Source of the DNA: Pavona decussata
Taxonomy: Eukaryota
Assembly (NCBI GenBank): GCA_977016875.1
Contig: CDRNST010000091.1
Location: forward strand, 1,984,001-2,048,000
Reading direction: 5' to 3'
DNA length: 64,000 bases
Position 1 is the first letter of the stretch; the number at the start of each line of letters is the position of its first letter. This document shows positions 40,775 through 52,825 of the stretch, in pieces. A model generated the notes under the pieces. That model made no database searches. It saw nothing but the letters and a program-made list of their open reading frames with translations, and was not told where the DNA came from. The position numbers were made by a program, and so were the translations under genes.

Positions 40775-43700
40775 AACTTTATTAAAGTTTTAAGCCTTGT
40801 AGCCTGGGACAACACCTATACTAATTAGGGGACACAACTTAAAACTAACTAATAATAATGATAGTAGTAATACTAGTGATACTGTACAAGTGTGCGTAAA
40901 CGTCAGTTACAAAACTAAAATCTAAAATCCAGTCTTTAAAATCTTGGATAAAATCTAATACTTGTAGCTAAAGAAAAAACATTACATGGAACAGAGGGTA
41001 CAGCCCTTGCAGCTGGTGTCCATTATTTTGGTAAGATCTTTTGTCCGGATACGGCTTTTGAAAGCTTTGAGTGTCTTGGCAGATCTATCAGCCGTGGACA
41101 GTTTTCCCCATAGTTTGGGTCCAAAGAACGGCAAAGAGTGCCTACCGTAAGGGACAGTGTTATATCTTACACGGTGGCTTGAAGATATTCATTTTATTTA
41201 AAAACAATATTTTACTCACTCGCGCTGTCTTTACCATTCGAAAATAAAATTCATATCTTCGCGCCGCCGTGTATAATATCCCCCATATCTTGACTACCTA
41301 CTTTGTCAGTAGACTATTCTTACCTTTTCTTTTGTTGGCCTTGACAGCCTCGACTTGCAGTTCCCTGATGGCCTGCTCTGTCGCCTTCTTCAGGTCTTTC
41401 AGAGTGTCCATTTCTGACTTCTCGGTTTCTTCCTCGTCCTCGGAATATTGGTAATCGGATTTCAGTTTCCGCAACTTCTCTCGGAGTCTCCTCAGTTTCA
41501 TTTTCAGTTCCTGGTAAAAAAAAAACAATGAATTAGTTTCTAGAATAAAGGTACTTGTGTCGGTAGGCAAATCGCTTCTCGATAAATCGTACATAATCAG
41601 TTGCCTTTTGAACAAATTTACTCTTTATTTGGAGTCATGTGTATTAGGTTTGCTGCTATTGGTATCAAAATAAATAGAATCAAACTACAATCAAACATGT
41701 GTTCAGATATATGAACGTTACAATGTGAGCTCTTCAATCCGTTAACTTTATTAGAGGATTAAAAAAAATTCCTTGTCGAACAGGGCCTATCCGTGTTTAT
41801 TTCTTTCCATCTAATGTTAATCATGGCCGTATTACTGAACCAAATTTTTACACCCATCACAGGGTCTCAGCTACGTATTACCGAACCGTATTGGAGGATC
41901 TGCATGGAGCTTATTCATGAGAATCGGCAAAAAGTTTAACTGTGAGCTGAGAAATGGCAGATTTTTAACTGATAGCTGAGAAACGTTGAGAAAACTATCA
42001 GGTGAGATGTCTAAACTTTGCCTGAGCATAGAGTGAATTTAACTTGCAATTAACTTCCCAACTGAACTATGTATTTAATTCCTGGAGAATGAGTTGCTAA
42101 TGAAGTTGGCTCAGAGCTCCTCTCAAGCTGTTTCTAGAAGTCGGGAGGTCATCATGATCAGAAGATCATAAGCACTGTTCGCAAATTCTCAAAAGAGATT
42201 GGAATCACTAGCAAGTTCTTTGGAATCTTCGAATGATATTCGACACTGTTCAGCTAATGAGAAGGACACCGTTGATACGATACAAAACCGAAAACACACG
42301 TGGCAAGTTGGAGTTAATTGAGATCCGTCAGTAATTAACTGGCTAAAAATAACCAAAATGTTCGCTGATAGCTGAGAAATGGTTAACATTTGAACTGATC
42401 AGAGCCGAGAATCCAGCATCTCCATACAGACCCTCGTATTACACACCACACTACCACACTAGCCTCCCACGCAGACATTGTTAGGGGACTCGGAGGAGGT
42501 AATACGAGTCCCCTGAAAACGACTTCGTGGGAGGTTGACAGGGGGGGTCTCAATTTTTTTTTTAGTTAGAAGACAGGAGGAGATTTCAGGAACCGGCAAA
42601 CAAGCTAACATGTCCCATAGATAGACTCTTCGACCTCGTCCCAAGATTGACAGACATTCCAACAAGTTATTATTTGTTGTAATAAGACGTTTTAGTTGTA
42701 GGGTCTTATTCACAATTCCTTGGGGGAAAAGCGTTACGATTTCATACCATTGATTTTACTGTAGGAATTATGATGAGCTTTGCATGGACTGAAAATGGAA
42801 GTAAGACTACGTGAATCGATCATTCTTTTTTTCGTTCTATGTATTAAATTTACCTTAAGTTTTACTTGATGTTCTCTGTGAGCCTTCAGTTGAACTTGAA
42901 GCGCCATGTCAGCTGGTGAGATGTCTGCTGTTGAAAACGTTGGTCGCTTCGGCTTGTCACTGGCGTGCGCATGCACCGTCTGACCTGGCACTATGGGGGC
43001 AATGGCCAGTGGACGTTGCATGAGATTTGGGAAGCTTTGCTCGTCGGATGCGTCAGAAGGTTGTGCATCTTCTTCCTGGAGTAACACGTACAGATGACAC
43101 AAACAGTAGTGGTTATAAGACCAAGAGCGACAAGACTGAAAATAACGCATCTTTTGCAGACCTCAACTTCTAGGGATAATAAATTAATCTATCTAGCTTT
43201 TGATCTATCATTTTCATTTATGTCATATTTTTAAACTTTCTAGTATTAAATGCTCCTGCAACGTATTTACCCATTTTATTCCTGTAGCCCCAATGAAGCT
43301 TTTCTTCATCAGTTCATCAGATCAGTTTTCTATTCTAATTTAACATGAGTGTTACTCTTACCTCGGTGTTAAAGTCATCCTGGCTTCCCATGGACCCTGC
43401 AGCATGCCCTCCGTGGTGCATTCCCCCTATTTTCATCCCGTGCCCCATTCCTGCCATTCCCATAGCTAATCCCGCCCCTCCCATCCCTCCTATTCCTCCC
43501 ATGCCTCCAATTCCATTTCCCATCCCTCCCATTCCATTTCCCATGCTATTTCCCATACCTCCCAGTTCTTCTATACTATTCTCCATTCCATTACCCATCC
43601 CATTACCCATTCCATTTCCCATTCCATTTCCCATCCCATTTCCCATTCCATTCCCTATCCCATTTCCCATCCCATTCCCCATTCCATTCCCCATCCCATT

Positions 43701-45919
43701 CCCCATTCCATTCCCCATTCCATTTCCCATCCCATTCCCCATCCCGTTCCCCATTCCATTTCCCATGCCAAGGTTCATCCCGAGCGATGCAAGGTCAAGG
43801 TTCCCCAGGTCTCCACCCAGATTATCGTTGTTGTTGTTGTTGTTATTTATACGACCCCCAACATCTCCCATTCTCCCTCCTCCACCTCCTCCCGCTCCGC
43901 CCATTACTTGTCCTAGGAGCTGCTGCAGGGAACTATCGGACATAGCGTTGCCTCCCAGATCATTAATTCCATCTATGCCCATATCCATTGCTGAAAAAGA
44001 AGTAAACCAGACAAAACGTCCATCAAAATATGATAACATAAAGTTTATGTTTAATTTTTGGTAACTTCCCATTGTTAATTGATCCTTCTCTAAATAGGGA
44101 TACAGACCTTAAGGTTTTGGAAGTTTCCTCTATTTTATAAATCGGGTTGTTTGGTAATGCAACAAATTTGTTGGCACTCCGTTCAAGAAAGGGACTGAGT
44201 GTGATTTGTATTTTAATTTGTTGTCACTTTGTACAGTTGTGCAGTTTGGTCGATTATCCACAAAGGCTTAGTGTATTTGTCCTTCGATATTCTGCCAGTG
44301 AGCTTTTGATATTTGTACGCGTCGTCTAGAAAAATACGATATTGAAGATGTAAAAGGAGCCTCTTGTGTAACTTATTAAGTTATCATTAGAACTTACAGC
44401 CTCCAATCCCCTGCCTACTTCCACCAGCCGCCGTCAGTTTCCCTTCCAAAGAGTTTTCCAGATTACTGTTTCCGGCATATTGCTGATTTTGTGCTGTTCC
44501 ACCTGTGAGTGAGTCAAGCCCATCGAAACCCGTATTTGCTCCCATTGAGGCTGTATTAGCATTGTTACCCAAAATATCCAAATCATTGTTCTGATATCGA
44601 CTTATAGAAGAAGTCAACGAATTTAAGTCAGTCGTCCCTCCTCCTCGTCCTGCAGCATCTAAGTTTGATAGATAGTTTAATCCCGCTTGAGAGGTCAAGG
44701 AGTTCAGCTCTGCTGCAGACAGATCACTCATTGTAGCTGGACTTTGAGTATTACTTGTCGGTGAACTGTCATAGTTTGTACCAAAAGTATGTCTGGTATC
44801 TAAGACCCCATTCCTGTCAGACCCGTAACCCGCTGCAAGCATTGTCCCGAGACCAGTACCATAGCCAGTGGTAAGACCCGTACCTAGACCCGCACCGTAG
44901 CCCGTTCCAAGTGCCGTACCTAGGTTAGCACCATAACTGGCCGTTGGTGTACCAAGTACTAATCCATTTCCTAGACCTACACCTCCCCAATTTGCTACTA
45001 TAAACTGCTTTTTCCGCTTCTTGTGGTCTCCTTGGTTCCTCGCCCATCGAGGGTTATCAGAAAGAATTGTTTTCTTAACGGAAGCTTTAGGTTTCAGCGA
45101 CTTTTGTACGTCCGTTACAACTTGAGGCCGTTTCTTGCCATTTATCCATTTAGATGGCCCTTTCGCCTTGGTCTTTGCTTGCTGCGTCCAATAAGACTTT
45201 ACAGTTACGCTTTTAGCATTGTCAAGTGGTTTTTCCGTAAGAGTGCCAATCTTCCTTGCATTGACTTTAAAATTATAATTACTATGGTAATCTCTATATT
45301 GAGTCCTTGGAGGGACATTGTGGCGAGTCCAAATATTGGTTCTTGGAAATCTTGGTACCAATGAGGTGTATAAATATGGTGCAAACTGGTTTTGGCCCCT
45401 TGAACGTTGAAAAGTTTGGGTTTTGTATGATCCTTGAAGAGATGGTGTTGCTGCAAAGGAAAAAGCGTCATTGAAGTCATTGAACTGAGGTTCACATATT
45501 TCTTTAGAGGCACAAATTTAGCGACCAGGGACTTAAATTCTTATACCTTCCACACTTAAAACCCTTTGATTCCTCACTTGCAATTTTACAAGTACAAAAC
45601 CAATTCAGCCTGATTGATAATTGACATAAACTTCAAGACTAGCTTAGCTTTTAATCGTGCGGTAATTGACCAATTACTTTGTTGACCCCATGGCAACAAA
45701 TGTATACAATTGTTCATTTAAACACGTTTTCAAAGGAATAGACGTATCGTAACTGACTGAAAATCATTTACCATAATTCCCTGGAAACTACTCGCTTTAT
45801 TTTTAAAGAATATTTATTTCCTTCTTCTCATAAGTTTGTGTAAATATTTTTGAGTTACCTGATCCAGTCAGCGACCATTCCACCAGCAACAAGGACAACA
45901 AACCCAGTAAATTATTCAT
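32531..45919 (-). CDS. Secreted modular protein A (~982-997 aa): signal peptide, Gly-zipper and (MGNG)n repeats, coiled coil, microexon linker, WSC-like Cys domain, basic tail
   Basis: Phase-consistent exons 45919-45859 (MNNLLGLLSLLLVEWSLTGS), 45450-44398, 43990-43362, 43075-42854, 41510-41324, 40152-39883, 39012-38968, 38330-38298, [36655-36611 possible], 34995-34945, 34193-34164, 33546-33256 and 32607-32531; 2949 nt without the optional exon, all GT-AG. Confidence 0.75.
33256..33546 (-). CDS. Exon encoding a WSC-like four-Cys extracellular domain (protein A)
   Basis: YFSIGCWRD...IKKCSLIA...AFALENGGQCLGG...GACKPDGRGGPWSMEVY follows the WSC-like pattern GCxxD...C...FA(L/V)ExGxxCxxG...C...GG...VY. 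Symmetric phase 1-1 exon. Confidence 0.75.
35146..35179 (+). ncRNA. Minimal type I hammerhead ribozyme motif in a Penelope-associated repeat (~35085-35240)
   Basis: gct-CTGACGA-a-GAGC taac GCTC-GAAAC-GTC-agc: intact CUGANGA and GAAA cores, stem II, GUC cleavage triplet and a short stem I. Confidence 0.65.
36804..37044. mobile_element. Degenerate MITE
   Basis: gagtacaagattgagtatgagtacgacttttcaaa pairs with tttgaaagtcggcatacttgtactcaatcttgtactc. Confidence 0.65.
37091..37385. mobile_element. Young PIF/Harbinger-like MITE
   Basis: Perfect ~50-bp TIR agccgccgttacacgttgaaacttttagctgaaacttgtgtgcaacggcg with a 3-bp TSD TGA (37088-37090, 37386-37388). Confidence 0.85.
37755..38160 (-). mobile_element. 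tRNA-derived SINE relic, interrupted; related stub at ~17685-17740 (+)
   Basis: The reverse complement reads gggaatagcgcaacggtgagagcactcgccttcc (A-box-like head), then after an interruption a B-box-like segment and body (gtgggctgaatttcttgttggttctcgtccttgctc). Confidence 0.55.
40729..41161 (-). mobile_element. 3' fragment of a CR1/L2-group LINE with an (ATC)n tail
   Basis: Minus strand encodes NTVPYGRHSLPFFGPKLWGKL...LKAFKSRIR...CKGCTLCSM* (ORF2 C-terminus), then a 3' UTR, AATAAA and the (ATC)n tail seen as (GAT)n at 40730-40772. Confidence 0.75.
43582..43767 (-). repeat. Coding 12-bp tandem repeat, (MGNG)x~15, in protein A
   Basis: cccattccattt/cccatcccattc units with synonymous-position variation. 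Confidence 0.9.
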
Positions 45920-47707
45920 TACAAGCGGGGATTTTGAGGTGTTCCTTCACATGGTTTTTGCGCTAAAAATACAAACAGAACGAAGTATTTATATTCTAGA
46001 ATGGCTTACTACTTTTTCGATCAAATAAAATCTATAGAAGAGTCCAAAAACCCTTTTTAAAAGTGTGTGTTTAAGTTTAAGTTCAACGAGTACCTGTTTT
46101 ACCAGATTCGTGTCAACAAGTTGGTTCAAACTAACAGGTGTCAGTTTTCAGGATTTTTAAACAACTCGTAAAGCAAATTCCAACTAAATAACATTGAGTA
46201 ACCCCTCCGTTACCGGAAGTAAACGTAAGGAATAACTAGTTCTGGCCAATTTCGAAATAAACGGAACAAACAAACAAACTCATTTTAGTAACATCGAATG
46301 GTAATAATTGTTGGGAAACAATGGTATTTTTTACAAACTGAATAGTTGTATATTTGTCCGAACGTATTTTCCAGAAATGGAACCTCTTCTATTGCTATTT
46401 AATTCACGATAAAACATTTTTTCAATTTTCTTTTTTCCAAATACGTAGACAAATCATACTCCTTCAAAAAGGAAAGTGAAAGATAAATGCTGAAAGGCGT
46501 TTAAAAAAGTGGGTCATCTCGCAAGTATATTTTCGGTTGGCGGTATATTCTATCACACTTTATAGTGTGCGTTTAGTCAGTGTTTTTAGACCTCAAGAAC
46601 AACGACATAAACATATCGAATGTCCCATGGCAAACCTGGTCCAACGAGGGAATAGTTAGAAGCTGAATACAAAGATAACAACAGATTAATAGATTAAAGT
46701 CCAAACAAATCGGTTAGAATATTGCCTTCGTGTATCAATAAATGTTATTAACCCCTAAATTTCAAGCAAGTTTGAAAGACCATTGCTTCCTTTATTACAA
46801 TCGGAATAAATTAAAATTCGAAAGGAGGAGCATTTAAGAGGTAAGAGAAAAAACTGAGATACAGTCGAGAATTATGACATATCCATTGCAAGCAAAATGT
46901 CGTAATTCGTAAACACAGAGTAGACCACACAAGTGATAAAATGTCGTGCGACAAAACAAGATCGATTATCGCAAATATTTTTCGTATTTTTATACAAATA
47001 CAAGGTTTACCTACCATTTGCATCTTCTTGATAGACAAAACATTTCATCTTTTGATGTGATCCGCCATTATCTCTCAAGACTCGCGATGCATCCAATATC
47101 ACGAGATATGGACTGTGACAATCACTTCCAAATTTGGACTTCCCAAATTATCTGATACTTGAATTTTTTGAATTACCTCAGTAATATATCGACTGAAAGT
47201 CGGCAGGGCGGCCACAAAAATTTGGAATCACTTCTTTGGGTGACAGATTTTTGGGACAGACATTTATGTTGGAACTCCCTCGTGAAACATATAAGGTGAA
47301 AAAGCTTTGAAATTAAACACCAGTTTGTACCAGTTTTAGCCGGTGGCGTTTCTCGCATGAATTAAAAACCATTATTGCTTCTGGCAAAAACGTTTGGGAC
47401 CTTAACTAGCAAACACTGAAGGAACCTGATGATTCTCGTTCCTCTGTGACCGCATTATATTATATTATTTTTGTCCTCTTAGAAACGTTTTAATGATTGC
47501 AAAACACTCCATTAAGAAGGGGTGGGTGTTGTTTGTAAAGGTTCAAGGGTGTAAATGCAATCACTTGTTGTCATGTTTGACCGCCTTTTGTACGACGCAC
47601 TCAAACAGACAACATACTTACACTGTCATACCCAAGTTTCAAGTTTACTGTCTTACGACCAACGTTTTTAAAGCCAGAAACAAATATTAGCCCTCTATCA
47701 TAGCAAA

Positions 47708-47855
47708 TCGCTATGACGCAGGGCTAACGCCCGAAACGTCAGCTTTCGAATATATTTACGGTGGCCAAATTACCTAAACAACTCTGCTGATAAAATCAAC
47801 ATCCATTTCCACTCCCTCATCGAAGCAGCACCACAGTTTCCTTAGAAATTAACCC
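47708..47855 (+). mobile_element. Penelope-associated repeat with a degenerate hammerhead motif
   Basis: cgct-aTGACGc-a-GGGC taac GCCC-GAAAC-GTC-agc, with downstream sequence shared with the copies at 35085-35240 and 31980-32075. Confidence 0.65.
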
Positions 47856-48547
47856 CCCCCCCCCCCCCCCCGCTTTTATCAAAAAGAAGACAGATTTCAC
47901 TAAGCTCGTGATAAATCGTTTCTGACTTTTTGTGCCAAAACTACATCGACTTGTACCTTATATGACGAGTCACAGGGTTCAACAAGAGGAGCTCTGTCTG
48001 ATCGTATACGAAACTTATTTCCTCGGGTGCCTAACCACAAAAATCTTTGACCGTCTGGGACGTTTTACCCTGCACGGCTATTGCGTCCGTTGTCACTGTT
48101 TGCCGAATGTATTTTCAACAATGGCGGTAGCCGTTCGAAGGATGTAGGAGCAGAAAACGGTTACCATTCTCAAGGGTCCGTTTTGAAATTTTTACTGTAC
48201 AAAGCCAAAAATAATGTTTTGTACTTAACAAGTAGAGATGTTCGAAGAGAACAGTGGCTTCTATGGTAGAATAGCAAATCCTTGGACTCTGTGGGGGACT
48301 TGTCTGGGAAAGAAAACCTTCCATCAAACCAAAAAAACACAATGCACTGTACTTTCAGAGAGTACTCTTAAGCAAACTTCAGGTCACACATACATGTATG
48401 GGCAATAAAAAAGGCGTGCCCTCCAAATGGTTGTTTTGACGGGAAAAAGGCCTCAGTCGTCGAATGAGAGTTATTTCTGCAAAAAAAAACATGCAAATCG
48501 CAAATATTAAGTACGGTCACCCAGCAAGCAATTTTACCTCGCTTATT

Positions 48548-48597
<50 letters not shown>

Positions 48598-48645
48598 CAA
48601 TTTATATAGCGCTTTTTATATAATATTCAAAAGCGCTTACAATAT
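48548..48645 (-). repeat. (TAA)n microsatellite with an L2-like 3' stem-loop tail
   Basis: (taa)x~16 followed by tttatatagcgcttttt...aaaagcgcttac. Confidence 0.6.
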
Positions 48646-50295
48646 AAAAACGAAAAATTTAGTCAAAATCACCTCGCTTTTTTTTGTAAATTTGGATATT
48701 TTGCCATTGTGTAAAAAAAATTTAAGTGTGACGTAGAATTTTGTTTTCATTTTTATGCAATTGTAGCGTTTCTTTAGTGTTAGTGTTCTTTTTCATAACT
48801 TTTGAGCAACTTTCAACGGTTTTTTTCAAGATGGCGGATCTAATGAGTGCTGCCTTGCAAAACCGATGACGTAATTACTATGTCATATGACTAGGAGACG
48901 TCAAAAGAAATAGTTTTCGACTTGTTATATACCCTTGGGGATTCACTGACACAGCCTTAAAGCTCTTGAAGTAAATAAGAGTTCCCCATCCAAGCTCACT
49001 TAAATAAAAGGCTCCCGTGAGCCATCTCGTGAATGCAAAAGTGAATAGTGGTAACCATAAAGCAGTGCTCGCAGCAAACTACGCTACAAGGATTCGTGGA
49101 CGCGATGCCGCATTGCGGAATGCATTATCTATAAAGTTATATGCTTTAAAGCGCAAAACAATTACACACGCACTCTGATTCCTCTCGATACAAGAAGCAA
49201 CGCAATGGTAGAAGTGTACGTTCTTCAGCTGGTTTTACGTGGTTGCCAATCGACAAATCCCCCCCCTCCCCCCCCCCCCCCCCGCAGGGCAAAAAAAGCG
49301 TCCAGTTTTATTCCAAGAACATCCATATTTTGTTTTCCTCGCGTCGTGTTCTTGCCGAATGAAACTTGGTACATGTGAACTATTTTGGTTGCCTAGCGCG
49401 TGACCTAAATCTTGCCGGTGTTTTCAGCACGGTAATTCCTTTCTACGTTCAAACGACGGCTTCTGTCAGCGTTTTATAACATTGGAAGAAGTTTTCAATC
49501 TTCCTAAAGTTGCTTTTTTGGCTTTATCCAGGTGAACATAAGTTATAGAAATGCGTCAAGGGTTGCGTTACTCAGTAGACTCTCAAGCAAATTTTCAACG
49601 TTTACGTTTGTTCCAGTGAATCGATCTTATCGCTCAAACTGGACCCCAAATGAAATTTATTGCGAAGGTTTAGTTTCCTTCTTTACCCTTAGCCTTTCAC
49701 CAACGGAACTGCCTTGGATCTTAAAAGTTAATTGAACGTTTACATTTTGCGGCCGGAGATAGAAATGCGTCAAGGCTGTGTTCGACTTTATGTAAATTCA
49801 GTGTTTATATCCTGATCTTATCGATTACGTTTGGCACCGAACAGAGATTTATCGCACTGTGGAATTTCCTATTCGTTCACTCACGTCTTTTTCCCGGATT
49901 TTTAAGGTAAGCTCCTGTAAAGGTTTTCATCTTTTCATTTGATGTTTGCTGAAACGAGCAATCGAAATCGCCTATCGAAGTCGATCTTTTAAAAAAATAT
50001 CCGTCCTGATAAGTTGCCCCTTAGTTTCGGTAAATGGAAGGATTTAGTAGACAACACACCTAGTAGCTGTTTTCTTTTAAGAATAAGTTATTCGTTGCGT
50101 TGATTTTACGACCTTGTTCAGTTTTTGCTCCGTAAGGCGGCTGATGGTAAAGCTGTTTTATGAAAGATTGAGGGAGTGACAATTTCCCCACATTACGTTA
50201 ACTCGTTCATTGCGTATGCGCACATTCACGAGTTAAAAATGCATTCGAAGTCCGCGCTTTGGTTTAATCGTTCGAGAGCTTGTGCAGTCATCATT

Positions 50296-51193
50296 AGCCG
50301 TATTCACATTAGAGACGTCAGACGGGTAACCCGTCTGACGAGTTTCCCGTCCTAGTGTGAATTCGCGATGAAAACGTTATCTGACTTACCGACATGAATT
50401 CACATTAGGACGAGTTTTTAGGACGGGTTAAGATGCCGAGGTACTGGTGCGAGATGTGCGTGGTTACCTAGCCAGCAGAAAACAGAACGCACCTGGCTTT
50501 TTCTAGTATTTTCAAAGTATGCAGGACTATATTTCAAACCAAAACTTGAGGGCCATTGTTTCCAGAACGAGAGCAAAAGGCTTATCTCGTCTTTCAGTTG
50601 ATGACAACACAGCGGCAAAGATGTTTGTCTGTTTGTCAGTCCAGGGTTTGTTTTTCTGCGTTTTAGAATGCTTCACCTTCTTCTTCGGCGCCATTTTGTT
50701 TTCCCAAAGTGCTCTACTCTCATTCTAGTTACAGTCTAATCGGCGCATTTCCTCCTAAAACTCGACCCGGAAACCCGTCTAAGTGTGAATTCGTGATGCA
50801 TTTGGACGAGTTTCTCGTCTAGTCTGGAAAATCGTCTTTAAGGACGGTGCCTAGTAATACCGAAGTATTTTTGTGCGGTGTATGACTATGCGGGAAAAGC
50901 AGATCTTAGCAAGGCCTATTGGAATCCAAAAAGAAAATTGGGGGTAACCGCGCATTTTTCAGAGATAATTAAGCAATAATATCTCTAAAAAGCGCCCAAA
51001 TATAAAGCAATGTATGGGATTTTTTTCCTAAATTGAAGTTTAATTATCTCTGAAAAATGCATGGTTACCCCCAATTTTGTTTTGAGATACCAAAAGCATT
51101 TGCTAAGTTCTGCTTTCTCCGTATAGTTTTAAACCGCGCAAAAATATCCCGGTATAAGTAGGCACCACCCATAGGAAACCAGAGTATCTCGCA

Positions 51194-51239
<46 letters not shown>

Positions 51240-51395
51240 AAACTCGTCGACTCAGACGGATAAGTGGACGGGTAAATTTGGGCGAGTTTCTCGTCTAAAA
51301 CCCGTCCCGACCCGATTTCACACTAAGATGGGAAACTCGTCTCAGACGAGTAACCCGTCCAAGACGGGTTACTCGTCTCTAGTGTGAATTCGGCC
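50296..51395. mobile_element. Harbinger-like MITE (3-bp TSD ATT) hosting a nested element
   Basis: TIRs agccgtattcacattagagacg / cgtctctagtgtgaattcggcc, ATT on both sides, internal gacgggtaacccgtc sub-repeats. Confidence 0.75.
50842..51235. mobile_element. TTAA-targeting non-autonomous DNA transposon (Kolobok-like), nested
   Basis: TTAA TSD (50838-50841, 51236-51239), termini ggacggtgccta / taggcaccgtcc and long internal inverted repeats. A relic of the same end lies at ~18427-18500. Confidence 0.8.
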
Positions 51396-52825
51396 ATTTT
51401 AATTTCCTCAAAATCCCTTTTTTTCCGCGGTCAAGTGATCTTTGGACTATTTTATTTAATTTCGAACTCCAAAAACGTGTATTTTAACTGAAGAAAGAGA
51501 GAGCCGTGAGAGCAATGCATATTTTCCAAACGTTTACGACACATCGAGCGAGTGATATTCCTCCAACATTACGATAACTTGTTCATTGTGCATGCGCGCA
51601 TTCACGAGTTAAGAAGGCCTGGTTCAAATAGGGTTAACACACGAAACCTTGTACAGTTAGGATTAACTCCAACCCTAAGCTTAATCCAGAGATTAGGTTC
51701 GACACTAAATGGAAAGATGCGTAAAGTCAAATAGCTCTTTGTTGAGAGATAAATTTGGTAAAAACAACTGCCAGAGGACCAATATACGATTGCAAAGAAA
51801 GGATCAAAATTTGTCCCCTGTGTGTCTCCTAGCAACATACCGTATGCGCTCGGTTGCTACAATCACGAAATCATATTCCATGTTAATAACCTTGATTATT
51901 TTTTCTTCGCATATGGTCAAATTTAAAATATTAGTGATAAAGACTATAACTGTGACTGCAATTATGAGGTATATCTTTGAAGGAGTTTAAAAATATCTCT
52001 TTTAAGACCCACAACGTGAACTGAAAATGTCCTGACTACCAAACAAAAACAGCGACCATCTTGAATAGCCATCTTATATTTCCGCATTTTTTCAAAACAG
52101 AATCTCCAAAAGGACCCAAAAAGCATTTCTAGTTAATAAAGGAAGACAAAGTGATTAATGTATAAAAAGTTTGTAATTTTCCTTAGAGCCAAGGAAACTT
52201 CATTTTTTTAAACTGCAAATTTGCGGTTGTCATGGTGATATCAACTTACATTAATTTCAAGTTAAGTCGCAAAGTTTGGTGCTTCACTATTCATGTGAAC
52301 ACAGTATACGTAAGATCCCAATTCCCCGGTATTTAAGCAGATTTTTTCAATTCTTTTCTTTTTTCTTTCTTTCTTCCTTTTACAGTCGTTTGTTTGCATT
52401 TTTTTCTAAACGACTGAACACTAAATAAAAAAAGGCCTTAATCATAATGATTAATAAAATAGTTTATAAGTTCCTTATCGCCGCGCACTCTGTTTTTCAA
52501 AAGAAGTCAGTTTCTTATTGTTAAGCAGCGCCTGAATAGAAGTCATCCTTCCGTGTTAAAATATTCGACAGTCTTGCGCAAATAATGGAAGCAAAACTCT
52601 GTCACTAGATAACGCAAACCTTACGCTTGCTCGTTATCTTTAGTATGGACAAAATGTCTTTTCAACAAGCGTTCCTTTTGTTATTTAAATGCACCATCAA
52701 TTCAAAAAACTTTGTTCCAAGAGCCAGTAGACCGTTGATAGGAACACTAACATGAGTAGGTGAGGTCAGCCAAAACACAAGCTGAAACTATCATTTATTT
52801 GTCTTCTGAAGGCCAGTTACCAGCC

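Noticed and set aside
43345-44064. 239-aa plus-strand (PIPF)n ORF
   Set aside because: Antisense shadow of the (MGNG)n exon. Splice sites and phases support only the minus strand.
49545-49912. Degenerate tandem pair starting atagaaatgcgtcaagg with a GTAAGC donor
   Set aside because: Both ATG frames close early; no coding support.
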